DNA of 64,000 bases from Trichinella spiralis. Taxonomy: Eukaryota. Position 1 is the first letter of the stretch, and each line of letters starts with the position of its first letter. Position numbers and translations under genes: made by a program. Shown here in pieces: positions 42,853 through 56,538 of the stretch. The DNA is taken from positions 8,130,488 to 8,194,487 of the forward strand of contig NW_003526941.1 of NCBI RefSeq assembly GCF_000181795.1, written 5' to 3'. Below the pieces are notes generated by a model. That model saw nothing but the letters and a program-made list of their open reading frames with translations, did no database searches and was not told the origin of the DNA.

Positions 42853-45233
42853 CTATGATTGAGTTTCGGCCATGTCACCTCCGCTGGTCACTTCACCAAA
42901 TATTTGCAGCACGTCCATTTTCAAAATGAACGGCAGCACGTTTTCAATTTGCAAATTTCCAATCAAGCCAGAAAAGAACAGCTCGACAATGATCTGCTTG
43001 CTAAACGACCGCAGTGTCGGCAACAGAAGCAGCAAGTCGGTGTAGCGGCTGTCGACGGTCTGCTGGTGCAGCTCCTTGCATGCCTGACTTTGCAAATTGA
43101 CCAAATGCCGCACGTTGCAAGTGTTGGCCGAATCTGGAACAAAACAACACTAAAATTCCCACACAAGCACATCATTTTGGCTTTTTTTTTACCAGTAGCA
43201 GCAAAGGCGATCAATTTCAAATAACCGTATTCAGTATCGGTCAGTTTGAGATCTTCGGTTCGACGCAACAACGCCTGCAAGCAGCTGATCTGCTCTTGGA
43301 TTTCTTCGTATTTTTCCAACTTGAGCAGACCAAGAAGCGTGGAAGTGTGCAAATGGGTGGTCATCGCAGTCAGCATGCTGTTCAAGCAGAACTGCGACGC
43401 GCACTGCATCAAGCCCAACAAGAACACTTCACACCAACGTTGTTTCAAAATCACCTCTTGCAAAGAATCTGGTCTGAAAATGAAAATGCGTAAATTTTTA
43501 AAAATAAATCTGCCAGAGCATTGGGTTTCTTTACTGTAAATCCAACGACGTGACACTTTTCAACCAGTGAACGCTGAGAAACAGCAGTCGACTGGCAGTC
43601 TCGCAGATGTACTGCATGTTCAAAACGGACGGTAAAGGCAACGGAGCCGGCAGCTCAAATGCAGCCATCTGCGAGTTGAGAAACACAGCCGCCGGCGGCG
43701 GTGGTGGTGAATCAGACCCGCAGCCGTGGTCGACAGCCGCGCTAATATTGTTGCTGTCGACTGGCCGCTTGGTGCCGCCGGTTAGCACCGGCTGATTTGT
43801 GGTCGTCGGGCTGGTGGTCAAATCTCCATCTTCGTCAGGTGATCCTCGACAGGCCAGATCTGCTTCAGAGGTTTCGACGCTTTCGGTTGATTCGTGTCTT
43901 TGCAGATATCGCGGTACGGCTATGCTCAACTGATTCAAATGCGGCAAACCGCTGCAAGAGGGTTGCTGTGCTTGCAATTGTTGCTGCAACTGTTGCAACT
44001 GTTGCTGGTGATCAGCAAAAGGAAATATTTTACCATTCAAAGCTAGGATACCAACCATCAAGCTTCCCTGAAACGCAAATAACAACAATTACTGTCGATT
44101 AAACGAATCATATATAGACAGACAAGAAGAAGAAGAATAAATTTTTACATTAATAGCAGCAGCATCTAGTGATTCTGGATTGTCGACAATGTTGCTCAAC
44201 GGTGATCTTCGCTGAACACTACTACTGTTATTACTGCTACTGCTATTACTGCTACCATTACCATTACCACCACCACCACTACCAGCAGCGACAGCAGCAG
44301 CTGCGGCAGCAGCAGCAGCCGTTGTGAGAGTAGTAGTAGCAGTGAGGAAATTGCTGCTAGTGGTGTCAACTGAACCAAGTTGAACTGCCGACGTAGGCGT
44401 CGTCGGCATTGGGACAACGTCGTCGTCAAAAGCCATCGAAGCTACAAGCGACGATGACGACGACGAGCACAATTCCATCGCACCGGAAGAACCGTTGGCA
44501 ATGATCGGCTTGCGTTCAGCTTGAACAGCTGGAAAAATAAACAACAAATAATTACCATAAATATGATATTAGCAACGTTAGCATATATAAATCAACATCG
44601 AGCATGCGCAAGAGAACAAACAATTCATTCCCACTGCTAGTGCACAAAGACTAACTAACTACTCTGACTGCACCGCACTGTCGTCTTACACTCACTGCGC
44701 ATGCCCATCGCCAGACATTTTTTCAACCGGCAATATTGGCATCGATTACGATGGAACTTGGTCACCGGACAATCGCGACTTCCACGACAAACGTATCCAA
44801 TTTTCTGAAACAAAATAACAATGACGATGATGAAATAAAAACGGATTATTCATCTCATCACCTTACGAATGGAGCGTTTGAAAAAGCCTTTACAACCTTC
44901 GCAGCTTGTGGCACCGTAATGACGACCGGAAGCTTTGTCACCGCATACGACGCACAATTCAGCGTTGTTGGTATCGCGGAGATGGCTCATGAAACGCACC
45001 GGTTGGCAGGTTAACTTTTGGCAAGGATTTAAATTTTGCAAATTGTAATGTTGAAACACCGGCGTCGCGCCCAGCACGAACGGCTCAAACGACGTTGCGG
45101 CCATCGTAGGAGGAGTTGCTGCGGTCGTGGTCTTGTCGTTATTGTTGTTCTTATATTGACCACTGGTGCTGCTAGTGCAGCAATTTTCGCCGCTTTCTTT
45201 CTTCGTCTAAACAACATGAATAAAAATATGAAT

Positions 45234-45264
<31 letters not shown>

Positions 45265-48200
45265 AGAACACAACAACTCCAACCACACACCGTTGTTGGT
45301 CGACTAAACGAGAATGGGAATAATAACGCAAATTGATTGTTGCAGACGAGAAGAGTTTTGAGCAAGAAAATTCGCGCCGCCTTTGTTCTATTAACCTGAA
45401 TAATCGTTCGAGTAGAAAAATGCTCAGCCCAACTGCACAGTAACTGAAAAACTAGCCGCCAAGCTAGACAACCAACTAACTGACCAACTAACTAACTAAC
45501 TAACTATTTAAATCAACCAATCCAACTGATCGACCAATCACCAGTTTCAATTAAAATTTGACAACAAGTATATCTAATACATAAAAGCGTCCATAGGAAA
45601 CAAACCAATAACAACAACAACACTTATTATTATTATTATTATTATAACTTGCACGGAAAAACTGTATTATACATCAACTGTAAAGTTGTACTGTAGTATA
45701 TTTTTTTACAATATATTTTTCTCTTTAAACAGTGTAAAAATAGAAAAATTAGCCTCAAATCCAACACCAATAATAATTTCATTGCCAAACTGGTGTTATG
45801 ACAAAATGTCGAATTATCCCATAAATAATCTTATGCATACTATAGAACAGACAAAATACACACAGGCATGGGACAATTTACGTGATCAACAACAAGAATT
45901 GATGAAGCAAAAAGTAAATAAAACCCGACCAAAAATTATCAAAGCCAGACACTGCTAGGACACAACATTGCGGGAGACTTGGGGCAGCGGCAGTTTTCCA
46001 ATATAGCCGTAATGTGGAAAACCGGTAAAATAATAATTGGACTACAACCACCATCATCAATGCATGTCCTCGTCGTTGTCACTGTCCGGCTTGTTGGAAA
46101 ATCCGGGACAGCTGGACAATAACAAGTGAAAGAGAAATAAATAGGAACAAAATCGAGGTATTTTTTTTAATTGCAAAATTACATTTTCAAAACAATAATA
46201 ATAATAATAATTGTTCACAGCAAGCTACTCGAACAGCTGGAAGAACAATTTAAAAAAAAATCAAAACCAGCGCAACGGCGAACGCATTTTTTTAAACCTG
46301 GACATGCATGCACACACTACGACCTGCGCCTCGGTGGTGCTCAGCATGCATCGCATGCGTACGTACGTACACGTATGTACGTTGCACAGACACATACTAC
46401 GTCAGGTCTAATGACGTAAGATCGAACATTAATAATAATAATAATAATATGAGCAGATCAACAAAAGCGAACCCGGAAATTCAGCTTACCTGACCCCACC
46501 CAACCTGACCCGACCTGACACGACCCGACGTACCACCAACCAACTGCACAGTTATAATGATTTCGATCAAGTGGAATATTTAAATTTACCGTCTGTGCTA
46601 GCAAAATTGCGGTCAGTCAAGCTTGTCACCAAGCAGCACCGATGATAACAAACAAACAAACCAATAGAGCTTTAGATTGATAAAAGAAGAAGAAATGTAT
46701 CATCATCATCATCAACATTATACTATTATTCAACTATGTATGAACAGTGTGACAAGAAATAAAAATTAAAATTAACTTGATCGTTATAATTGACAAATTT
46801 CAGATGACAAAACAAGCTAATCGAACTCTTACATCTCTGCACGACACGAGTGAATTGATCAAAGATAAAAGAAATAATAAGTTGCCTCCTCATTCAACTA
46901 CCGACCCCCCTCCCTTGGCATTTTACCAGTCGACCGAGCAATAGATGAATGGCACCATAACAACAAAGCCGAAGAAGAGAGATTTCAACGCGTTAAGTGT
47001 CTACATATGCATCTACACACACACACACGAGAGCAAGCAGAACAAAGCATGCAACCTGTTGCCAAGAAAATAAACCTTATCGTCGCTATATAGCGTGTGT
47101 GACGCGCTCTATGCAATCAACAGCTGCTGCGGCTGCGGCTGTCAAGTGCAACAAGAAGATGTCGTCTGCCGGTGGTTTCGTTCACTGTTCTCTCTTTCGA
47201 CTGACTTCAGCTAACGAAGAAGCGACATCCAACTAATAGAAGTGTGGGCGTGGCTGTTTGTCACGTCGGTTTGTGCAGCAAAATTTGTCAGTGGAAATCG
47301 AACTTTCTCGACCAAAACCAAAAAAAAACAAGGGAAAAGAGATGGAAAGAAAAGTGAAAAGTGTAAAATAAAGCAAACACAACTGCGTGTCCACGATCGT
47401 TGCTTATTATTATTATAAAAATGAAAACGCCGTGCTTGCTTGCTCGCCAATGACGTGGCGCACAACACAACACGGCCATATGCGACGGCGATAAGCAAGC
47501 GCATTTTCATCTTCAATTCCACACACTGCTTCTTCTTATTCGACACGTTGAAATTTTTAAAATTACACAACAAACAATTCAAGCATTTTCTTCCATCCAA
47601 CAAATAATATAATATATAAAACAACATGCTTTGGCCTGGAGGAAGTAACTCAGGTCGAAGTCATCGTCACTCAACAACTCGACATCTATCAGTCGAGCTA
47701 AAAATTGATGAAAAAGCAAACAATAATAGCCATGATAATAATAACAACAACAAAACAACAACCAATAATAATAATAATAATAATTGGATTAAATCAATAA
47801 TTACGGCATTTTCGAAACAAGACCCACGTTGCCATAGAGCAAAATGAACACAACATTGAAATGAAAATTGCACTGCACATGCAACTGTTGCCATTTTATC
47901 TATCTCACCAAACTGTTGCCAACCAACAAATATAATTAATTTATGAAAAAGAAGATATCATCAGACCAAAAAAAATTAAAAAAAAAAGAATATGGAAACA
48001 TATTCTTATCATCAGCACTAAATTCTATAAAAATCTAGACCATAGAGCGTTCGAAGATAAAATAAAATAGCAAAAAAAGAAACGTCAGTGTGTGAAGTAA
48101 AAAACAAACAACAGAACATTCTCTACTACTAAAGTCACCAGAGCAAAGCGTTGTATACAATATGTACATATAATTGTTGTTTGGTTTTGCAGAAATATCA

Positions 48201-50163
48201 CACCACTGTGGAGGCACCTTTGTTTTGCCCATCCACAGTAAACATCAACAGAGCAGGCGATAATTAACGAATGAATGAATGGACTGGCCATCAAGAGCAG
48301 AACGGTGCGTAGAAAATTGTACAAGCGGCAACGTTAAGCGAGTTGTGAATTCACTTTGTCAACAACGGTTGATCGCGTCCATCATTTGAATGAAATCGTC
48401 TAACAAGCAAATGTTCTTTCTACAACCATCAACAACAACAACAACAGTAAAAATCTGTTTCTATCTTCATTTAAATGGAAAACACAAACTGCATTGATAC
48501 AGTAACAGATCGACAGAACAGACAGACGAAAAACTATTGGAATATCATCAATCAAACGAACAACAAGCATATTGCACAAGGTAGAATGGAAAAATTTTGC
48601 TCGACAAACAAGTGATCTTCAACAAATCCAAAATCAGCGAATGAATAAATAAAAAAAATTAATACTGTTTATTCAATTTTTCATCTTTACCATTCAAATT
48701 AACCTTAAGCATACGTGAAATAAGCAGATGTGATCGTCGTCTCACAGATGTTTATCCGTAACAACAACAACAACAAAATAAATACTTCTGCCCTTGAAAA
48801 CAAGCTCACAGTACACTAATAATAATAATAATACCACACTCACCAAAACCAACTCTGAACGTAAACTCTTCGGGAAAATTATAATTAAAAAAATCAATAC
48901 TATACTTACAGTATTTCACAGATTGATTTATAAAAAAGAAAAGAAAAGAGAGAAGTCAAAGAAAAGTTCAAAATCTACCCATCAGTACTAAAGAGTGTTT
49001 AAAAAAATTGTAAACTATTCCATTGTATAATATACGAGTGTAGGATTTAAAAGAAAAAAAAGTGTTATATTCTTTTATAATTTTGATAATATCAGTTTTT
49101 TTGATAAAAATTTCAAAAATGTTCGAAATTTGCATACAATACAAGAATACTGTAAGTAAATAAAATGAAGTTGGAAAAGAGAAAAAAAATTTACAGTAAA
49201 ACGTGTGTGGTGGAGATTGGGAGGAAAATTTCGAACAGCACGTCACAGTCAGCCAGCTGTCATTCGATCATTCAAACACAACAACATCTACGTGACGTGG
49301 AACAGAGCTAGTCAATCACACACACACACACACACACACACCGCCTTCAGTCAGTCACAAAGCAAAGGAGCGAACTAGGAACTAGGCTAAGCTAACCCAA
49401 CCATTCATCTGATCTAGCCAGCTTTCAATAATGATATATCCATATTAGAGATAGTAACAGTAAAATGTACAAACCGACCGACCGACTGAGACAACGGACG
49501 ACAAAATTGTAAAACAAAAAAAAACAAGTAACAATGGATTCGATTTCTATTAATTGGAATAATAAAATAGAGTAGTGGTGGATTCGAAAAAAGTTGAAAT
49601 AAATATACAGATGAATTTTGTATTTTGCATATAAAATATAAACTTACTTCGACGACAGCTTTGCGGCTTTTTCTTGGCGTTCGACCGGCGGTCGATGAAT
49701 GTTCAATAATAGTTTTGCCAGAATTCAGCGCAGCAGTAGGGCTAGTAGCAATGAGAATATCATCAGCAGCGGTGGTGGCGTCATCGTCGTCGTCGTCGTC
49801 GACGGCAGCAGCAGCAGCAGCATCAGAAATAGCAGTATTCGTATTAGTATTAGTATTAGTATTAGTAGCAGCAATAGCAGTAGTAGTAGTAGTAGTAGTA
49901 GAAGTAGTATTGTTGGTCGTCGAAGTCGTTGATGATGACGATTGTGACGTCGTCAATTGGTGCTGCAGTTGCAGTTGCGACGGAGGTTGAGGTTGAAGCT
50001 GAAGCTCAGACTGCTGCTGCTTTTGTTTCTGCTTCTGCTGACGTGGATTATTATTATTATTACTATTATGTTGATGATTATGATGAGAATAGTTGTGGTG
50101 ACGATGATGATGATGATGATGATGGTGATCGTTGTTGTTGTTGTTGTTGTCGTCGTTTGTCAT
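42853..50163 (-). CDS. nhr-41: NR2C-subfamily orphan nuclear receptor (TR2/TR4, Hr78, nhr-41 type)
   Basis: Exons 50163-49648 (low-complexity N/H/Q/T-rich, GAA|gtaagt; less certain), 45206-44862, 44804-44690, 44528-44149, 44067-43535, 43473-43193, 43133-42853. [99 protein letters not shown] and [23 protein letters not shown], diagnostic of NR2C. Confidence 0.93.
49317..49341. repeat. (CA)n microsatellite
   Basis: About 12 ca units. Confidence 0.85.
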
Positions 50164-53100
50164 CGAGAAGAGGATTTAAAAAAACTGAAAAGTTGGATAA
50201 AAGTCGAAGGTTATAAAAGCAAGCAACTAGCCAGCTAACCAGCCAGTCAGCAACGTTAAAAACGTGCGCTAACAACCGTCACAACAACAACAACAACAAC
50301 AACAGCTAATTATTTATCTTTTTTCCAACAAACGTGCCACAATTCTTATTCTGATTGCATACAACAGCAACGACTAGACAGCAAACTGGCAAGGAAATAA
50401 GACGGGATGGACGGATAGACGGTTGGATGGATGGATGGATGACGTCGTGCACATACGCAACACAACCAAACGGACGCGCCTGTCGCTGTTTGCTAGCAGC
50501 TTCGTTTGAAAAACGAAAAAACGCGCAAAACTTTTTTTGCTCTGCTTTTTCAAGTCGGTTAAAAAAGCTCCTCCAATCTATGAAAATTTCAAAAATAGTC
50601 AAGTATTAAAGTAGCAGCAGTAATAGTAGTAGTAGTTGTTGTTGTTGGCTGTTGATTGCATACATAGCTGAGCTAGTTCAAAGCTTAACTAACCACCAAT
50701 GAGCAAACTTTCTTTCTCTCATTTGTTCAAGTTAACTAACTAGATGACAGCATTGAAAAAGCTCTAGATTTATATAACACGTCCTCTATCAAACCGCAAC
50801 CGATAAATATACAGATGATATAAAATTCGAAAAATTGTAATTTTCAAAATTTACCTCTCAAAATATGCAAATTCCAATGATGGATGATGGAAAAAATGGA
50901 ACAAAAGATCTATTTGCCGTTACAGAAGATGATGATGCATCGGTGATGTTGGGATGTTGGGATGGTGGCTATTAACAACAACGTTGCCACCGATGATAAA
51001 ACGAATTGGCGGCCGCCGTTTCAGCTCGGCCGTTGTTATTGTTAGCCGCCGGTGAACTCATCGCTGTTGACACAGCAACCTCAGCCGGTCGACCTTTTGT
51101 CGATTGGAAAACAACAAGACTAGATCAATAGCCCAAATGGCAGTTCACCAGTCCAACAGGGGCGGGGTCACACGCACAGCACAAGTTCCAATCTATTTTC
51201 AAAATAATAATAATATTTAATAATTATAATTTTTTTTAAAAAATATGCTACTTTTTTTTCTTCAACAATTTCAATAATAACAAAAATATCAATATACGTT
51301 TTACAAAGTAACATACCTGAGATTAAATGTATACTATACTGACGTGAGCTTTATGATGAAGCGGTAAACAAGAGGTCCAAAATTATTTATATACAACGCT
51401 GTCACACACAGACAGACAGATAGACAGACAGCTGCAATTGCTTCTTAGACAACGGACAATTGACCAACCAGGTCGCCGACAACTGTTCACTACTCACCGC
51501 TGGCAACGTAAAGCTCCAATTCCACAAAGCTTTTCCTGCCGCCGTTCACGCAACACAAACGTAATAATCGCTTTTCCAACACTCAACCAGAAAGAGATGC
51601 TGAGCGAGAATGCAGAAAGTTGGAAAATCACTGGTTCTTGAAAAAAAAAATATATATTTCTTTTCACTTTCTTTCTTCTTCTACTACTAATACTACTACT
51701 GTATATGTTCTTTCTTCTTTCTCCTTTTTCTTCTTCTTATTCAAACAGCATTCACAAATATTAACAATCTCTGAAAATGAAAAATATAATTTACATATGG
51801 AATAAAAAACAAGATATTTCAAAATGTCTCCACATTGAAAAGAAAACAAATAAAATATTCATTTATACATAAATGATAATAATGTTAACAATTAAAATGT
51901 TCTGAAAATGTCTTTGTCTGTGAAAAATGAAAAGTTCCATTTATTTATAGGACAACAACTTTTAAAATCGGTCAATTTTCCAACTCTTATTCAATTACAT
52001 TACAAGTGAATATTTTTTTAATATACATATATGCATATAGTATTATTCTGCAACTTTTCAACCAACCAAAGCTGCACTAACAACCAACACTAACTAATTC
52101 AACTATGTCTCTCTATAAATGAAGAGAGAAAGAATGGATCGATCGTTCTCGTACATGCCCATTTTGCAGAACAAGAGAAGCAGCATTGCCTGCACATAAA
52201 ACTACATGCAATCCATATAGATATATATATTGAAATTATATCTCACTTGTGAACTCTATATACCAACCTCCCCCCGCCCTCTTCAACTTTTCTTCTTAAA
52301 CTTCTTGTTGTATTCATATGCGAACCGGTTGAAAAGCTGTCACCAGGACAAAAATCAAGCCAATACAGCTGCAACTCATTCACAACCTGATTTTTATTGT
52401 TGTTACGCAACCAAAGCAACGACAATAAAAATCACTTCTCGCTTCAAAAATAAAAAACAACGTTTCAATTCATATATTCTTTTTCCACCACCACCAAGTG
52501 CCCCACCCTCATCCCAAAAATTAAAAAAAATATTCATGTTCAACCAACCAACTATCCGCATTAGAGATAAAAAAAAACGTCGAATCCTCTTTTTTCCCCC
52601 CACCTCTACAGTAAGTGAAACAATTTTATTAATAAAATCGATCTTTGCTCGTTTTCGCCACCGGCATCATCTCACTCGCATTTCAACTTTCCCTTTTCGA
52701 TATCAAATATCAGCTATTTATTTTTAGCAATGCAAAAAAAACATACTACCGATGAAAAATAATCTTTTCCAATAACAAACAAAAAAGATGATAAATAATA
52801 TTAGAATAAAAATAAAATATGATAATTATTGTCAGAATTCATCGTTCAATGTTTCAGATGATCATCGTCGGTCATAGCATTGGTATATTGGTCATTTTGA
52901 TTGTTTACAATTTACGATTGGTTGGAGCAAATTGACAAAGTCGGCTAACCACTGACTGACCTGGAATATTATTTGCGCTTTGGCATAGATGAATTATTAA
53001 AAATACAACCGAGACGGGAAATAAACAAACAAACAATACTACTTACTAATTATTACATCGACGGAAATGGAACTTCCTAGTTTTTATAATTATAAAGTCA

Positions 53101-55520
53101 TTTAACAAAATATTAGTCCCAATTATCAAACCGGACAATTCACAAAGTTCACGATAAAAATAGAATTATTATTATTTTTTTTCTTCCACATCAATTATCA
53201 ATTTTTAATATGTCAAATTTAATTCATTCAAACATAAATCATCGCAATAAAGACATTTTTTTTCTGGAAACAAAATACGTTGAAGAAATAAAATAAAAAA
53301 AGAAAATATATTTCAAAAAAAAAATTATTTTTATATTTATGTTGTTTGATTCAGAAGAGAAATTTAAAATTTTGATCCATTTCTTGTATAGTCGATTTAC
53401 CGAGTTCAGTAGAATGGTCGAAAATGATATTCGTCATCCATAGCCAAATTAAAAAGCATATCATATTAATTGAAGAGAAATGTTTCAGGGCAAAGTTTGT
53501 TGTTGTTGTTGTTTATTGAATTTAAATTTTAAATTTGAAAAAAAAATTATTTTTAAACCATCCAAACAAATTGCAATGGAGTAGAAATAAAATCGTTCAA
53601 ATAGGAGAAGTATTATTAGAAGAAAATTATTCAAAAATATTCAACAATAATTGAATGCGGATCATTTCCATCAGCAGCAGTTGGTCGAAATTGTTGACCG
53701 ATCGACCACCTGCTGTTGACGGAAAACGGTCGACGTCACTGCACGTCAACATTCAAAGCACAAAATGGAGGAAAAGACCAAGGACAGACAGCCCCCAAGC
53801 CTGGAGGCTTACAATGCACACCACGTATGCACCACCGCAGACGCGCGACAAGCCTTGACCTACCTGATGGAACAAAAGCTGAAAATATACAACAATGTCT
53901 GCCAACTGCTGGACGACAACCAATCACTGACAGTGGGGAAAAGGGGAGTTTGGATTTCAAATTTTTGAAAATTATATAAAATTAATTGATAAATTATTTA
54001 TCATTTATCGAAAAAAAACAAACAAATAAACAACAATTAATCAATAAGAAACGGTAATGTGGTCGATCGGTCGGTCAGTGGAAAAATTGAACAATTGAAA
54101 TGCGAAAAATTTTCTATAATTTGACAAATCCCATCTGTTGAAGTTTGAGATGTAAAAAAGAAAAACAAGTCAACGAAACCCACCAACACCGACACAAACA
54201 CGGATGAAAATAAACAAAAAGTATTGTACATGAATAAAATATGCAAATTTTTCACTTTTGATAAACAAAAATCAATTCACGTTCAACTAGTCGACAATAC
54301 TGAGAACAAGCATAAAAGAAAAAAACAAGAAAAAAAAAAGGGTAAAGAAGACGACGAAAAATTTATCATCAGAACACCAACAATTCACCACGCGAATGTG
54401 GTCCAAATTTTTAAAATAGAACTTCCAACAACAAATACCGCGAGGAATTATTTACTACAAAGCACAGTAGAATTTGAAAAAAAAATGTCCATCTATTTAT
54501 TATTTAACCCTATTTTGATCGATCTCTACTGACCGCAAAAAATGTCTCCAGTTATACATTTTTTTTTCGTTCACAATTTTCAAAATAATAACAATTGGAA
54601 AATATTATTATTTGAAAAAAAATAATAAAAAAAAATTTTTTTCTGGAATAACAAACGTGACTCATTCGTTATCTGCGGTGGAGATCGAGACAGTTGTGTT
54701 TGTTCGAAATGCTGGAAAAGAATAGAAAGGAACAAGTTTCTGCTGCGGCTTTTGCCCCACCACCACCACCACCACCAGTCCCGTTTAACCTCTTTTTGCA
54801 ATGGGGAAGCGGGAATTTGAAAAAGAAAAAGAAATTTTTTTTTTGAATTTCAACCTTCACCATGAACAAACAAGAAAAATTCCAATATATCCAACAGAGT
54901 TGCTAGTAGAAAAAACAACAGCAGAAAAAAAAAGAAAAAAACTGTTGCTTGTGACCTGACATTTTTCCCCTCAAAAATAGTGAAAATGTGAAAAAAAAAA
55001 AATTTTTTTTATCAAATAAAATTCACCACAACTGTGACCTTTGGCCGTTCTGGATCATTTATTTTTTGTGTAAAGAGAACAACATTTGTTCGTCAAGAGA
55101 CATTTAATTTAAAAAAAAATGTCACGGACACACAATTGCCAACCGATCAACCGACCGACCGACCGACCGACCGATCGATCGATCGGATTGGCTGTGTGAA
55201 AATTCAAAATTAACCTTCCAACAACTTTCAAAGATCTTTTTCATCTACGTCAAATGATATCAGTATTACTGTAATAATTGATTTTGCCTTCAAATGGACA
55301 AAATGAGTACTACAAAATTGAAAAAAACCATGCTAGAGAATGTTTGTTGTTGGATTAAATTTAAATGTGAAGAAAGTTTGAATTCAACTTTTTTATCTGT
55401 TTCAAACATCAAATACAACTAACTGTATGTGTAACTATGTGTAAATAAAAATAAACTCTCATTCCCGTTGATGAACAAGTGTACAATTTAAACAAATAAA
55501 TAAAAAAAAACTCTGCTTAC

Positions 55521-55870
55521 CTGAAAATTTCGACTGTTGTTGTTGTTGTTGTTGTTTAGAAGAAGAAAAATGAAATAGATGTAAAATCGTAACAACGTTG
55601 AGCAGAATGAATAAAACTGTTCCACTCCATATCCATCGATCGCGGTAGTTGAAAGGATTTAATTTTAATAATCAACGTGCGAAATGATCACAACTCCGGC
55701 CGGGAAATTTTCTTCCAAATAGCGCCAGAAAGCTTTCGAAGCAGACGAAAATTTATGAAGCTGGTTGGCGAACGAACAACATGGAAGAAGAGGAAATGGG
55801 TCGTGACAGTTGAATTTTTATTGTCTACGCAACCAGATTAACCAGCCCGTTGAACTCTGACCACCCGGAT
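55521..55870 (-). other. Probable non-coding 5' exon/promoter of the NR2C gene
   Basis: Strong donor TTTTCAG|gtaagc at 55521/55520 after a GC-richer block; no in-frame ATG; ttttcag acceptor near 50185 just before the ATG at 50163. Confidence 0.35.
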
Positions 55871-56538
55871 CATGCCGCTGTCCTGCCATTTTGTCTGCTT
55901 TGGACGTGGTCGACGACGAAACTTTTTTCCCTTATTCGAACCAAATAGTTCATCACTTGTTCACAACTGTTCCCATTTGAAAACCTCTATTATTATTATT
56001 ATTTTCTAATGTTTGCAATAGACAACGAAATGATTCACACACATCCCACCAGGTCGACCATTCATCCACCGTACAACCGTCAGTGTATAAAAAATTTGTT
56101 TCATATTCCAACTTTCCATACAACACTTGTCGTGTCAGCATGCTGCTATTGTTCATGTGTTATAATGTGTTCATGCAAATTATGCAAACTTATTCAAAAA
56201 CTGTGCAACTTCGTGAAGGGCAAGAAAAACTGGCCGGTGTAATTTTTCTGTCCAACCGTTACGGTGCAATGCCAATTGCCAAGGCCGAAATTTTCAAATC
56301 GACTGTCCCAAGTAATATAATTCATAATAATTCAAACGTGAACAATAATATCTTCTTCTCTTCAGTCGATAATGATGTGCTTAGATGAACAGCTAGCTAA
56401 ATTGAACAACAACAACAAATCCAAAAAAAAATTATACCGACGTCGTTTAAATTTACTTCTTCACAAAATCAACAAGACAAATGTTTTTTTTCTTACAAAA
56501 AATTTTCCTCCCATTTGGCCAAAATGGAAAAATAAACA

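Noticed and set aside
50970..51061. Short minus-strand ORF MSSPAANNNNGRAETAAANSFYHRWQRCC
   Set aside because: Stops before any donor, so it cannot be joined to NR2C; at most a uORF.
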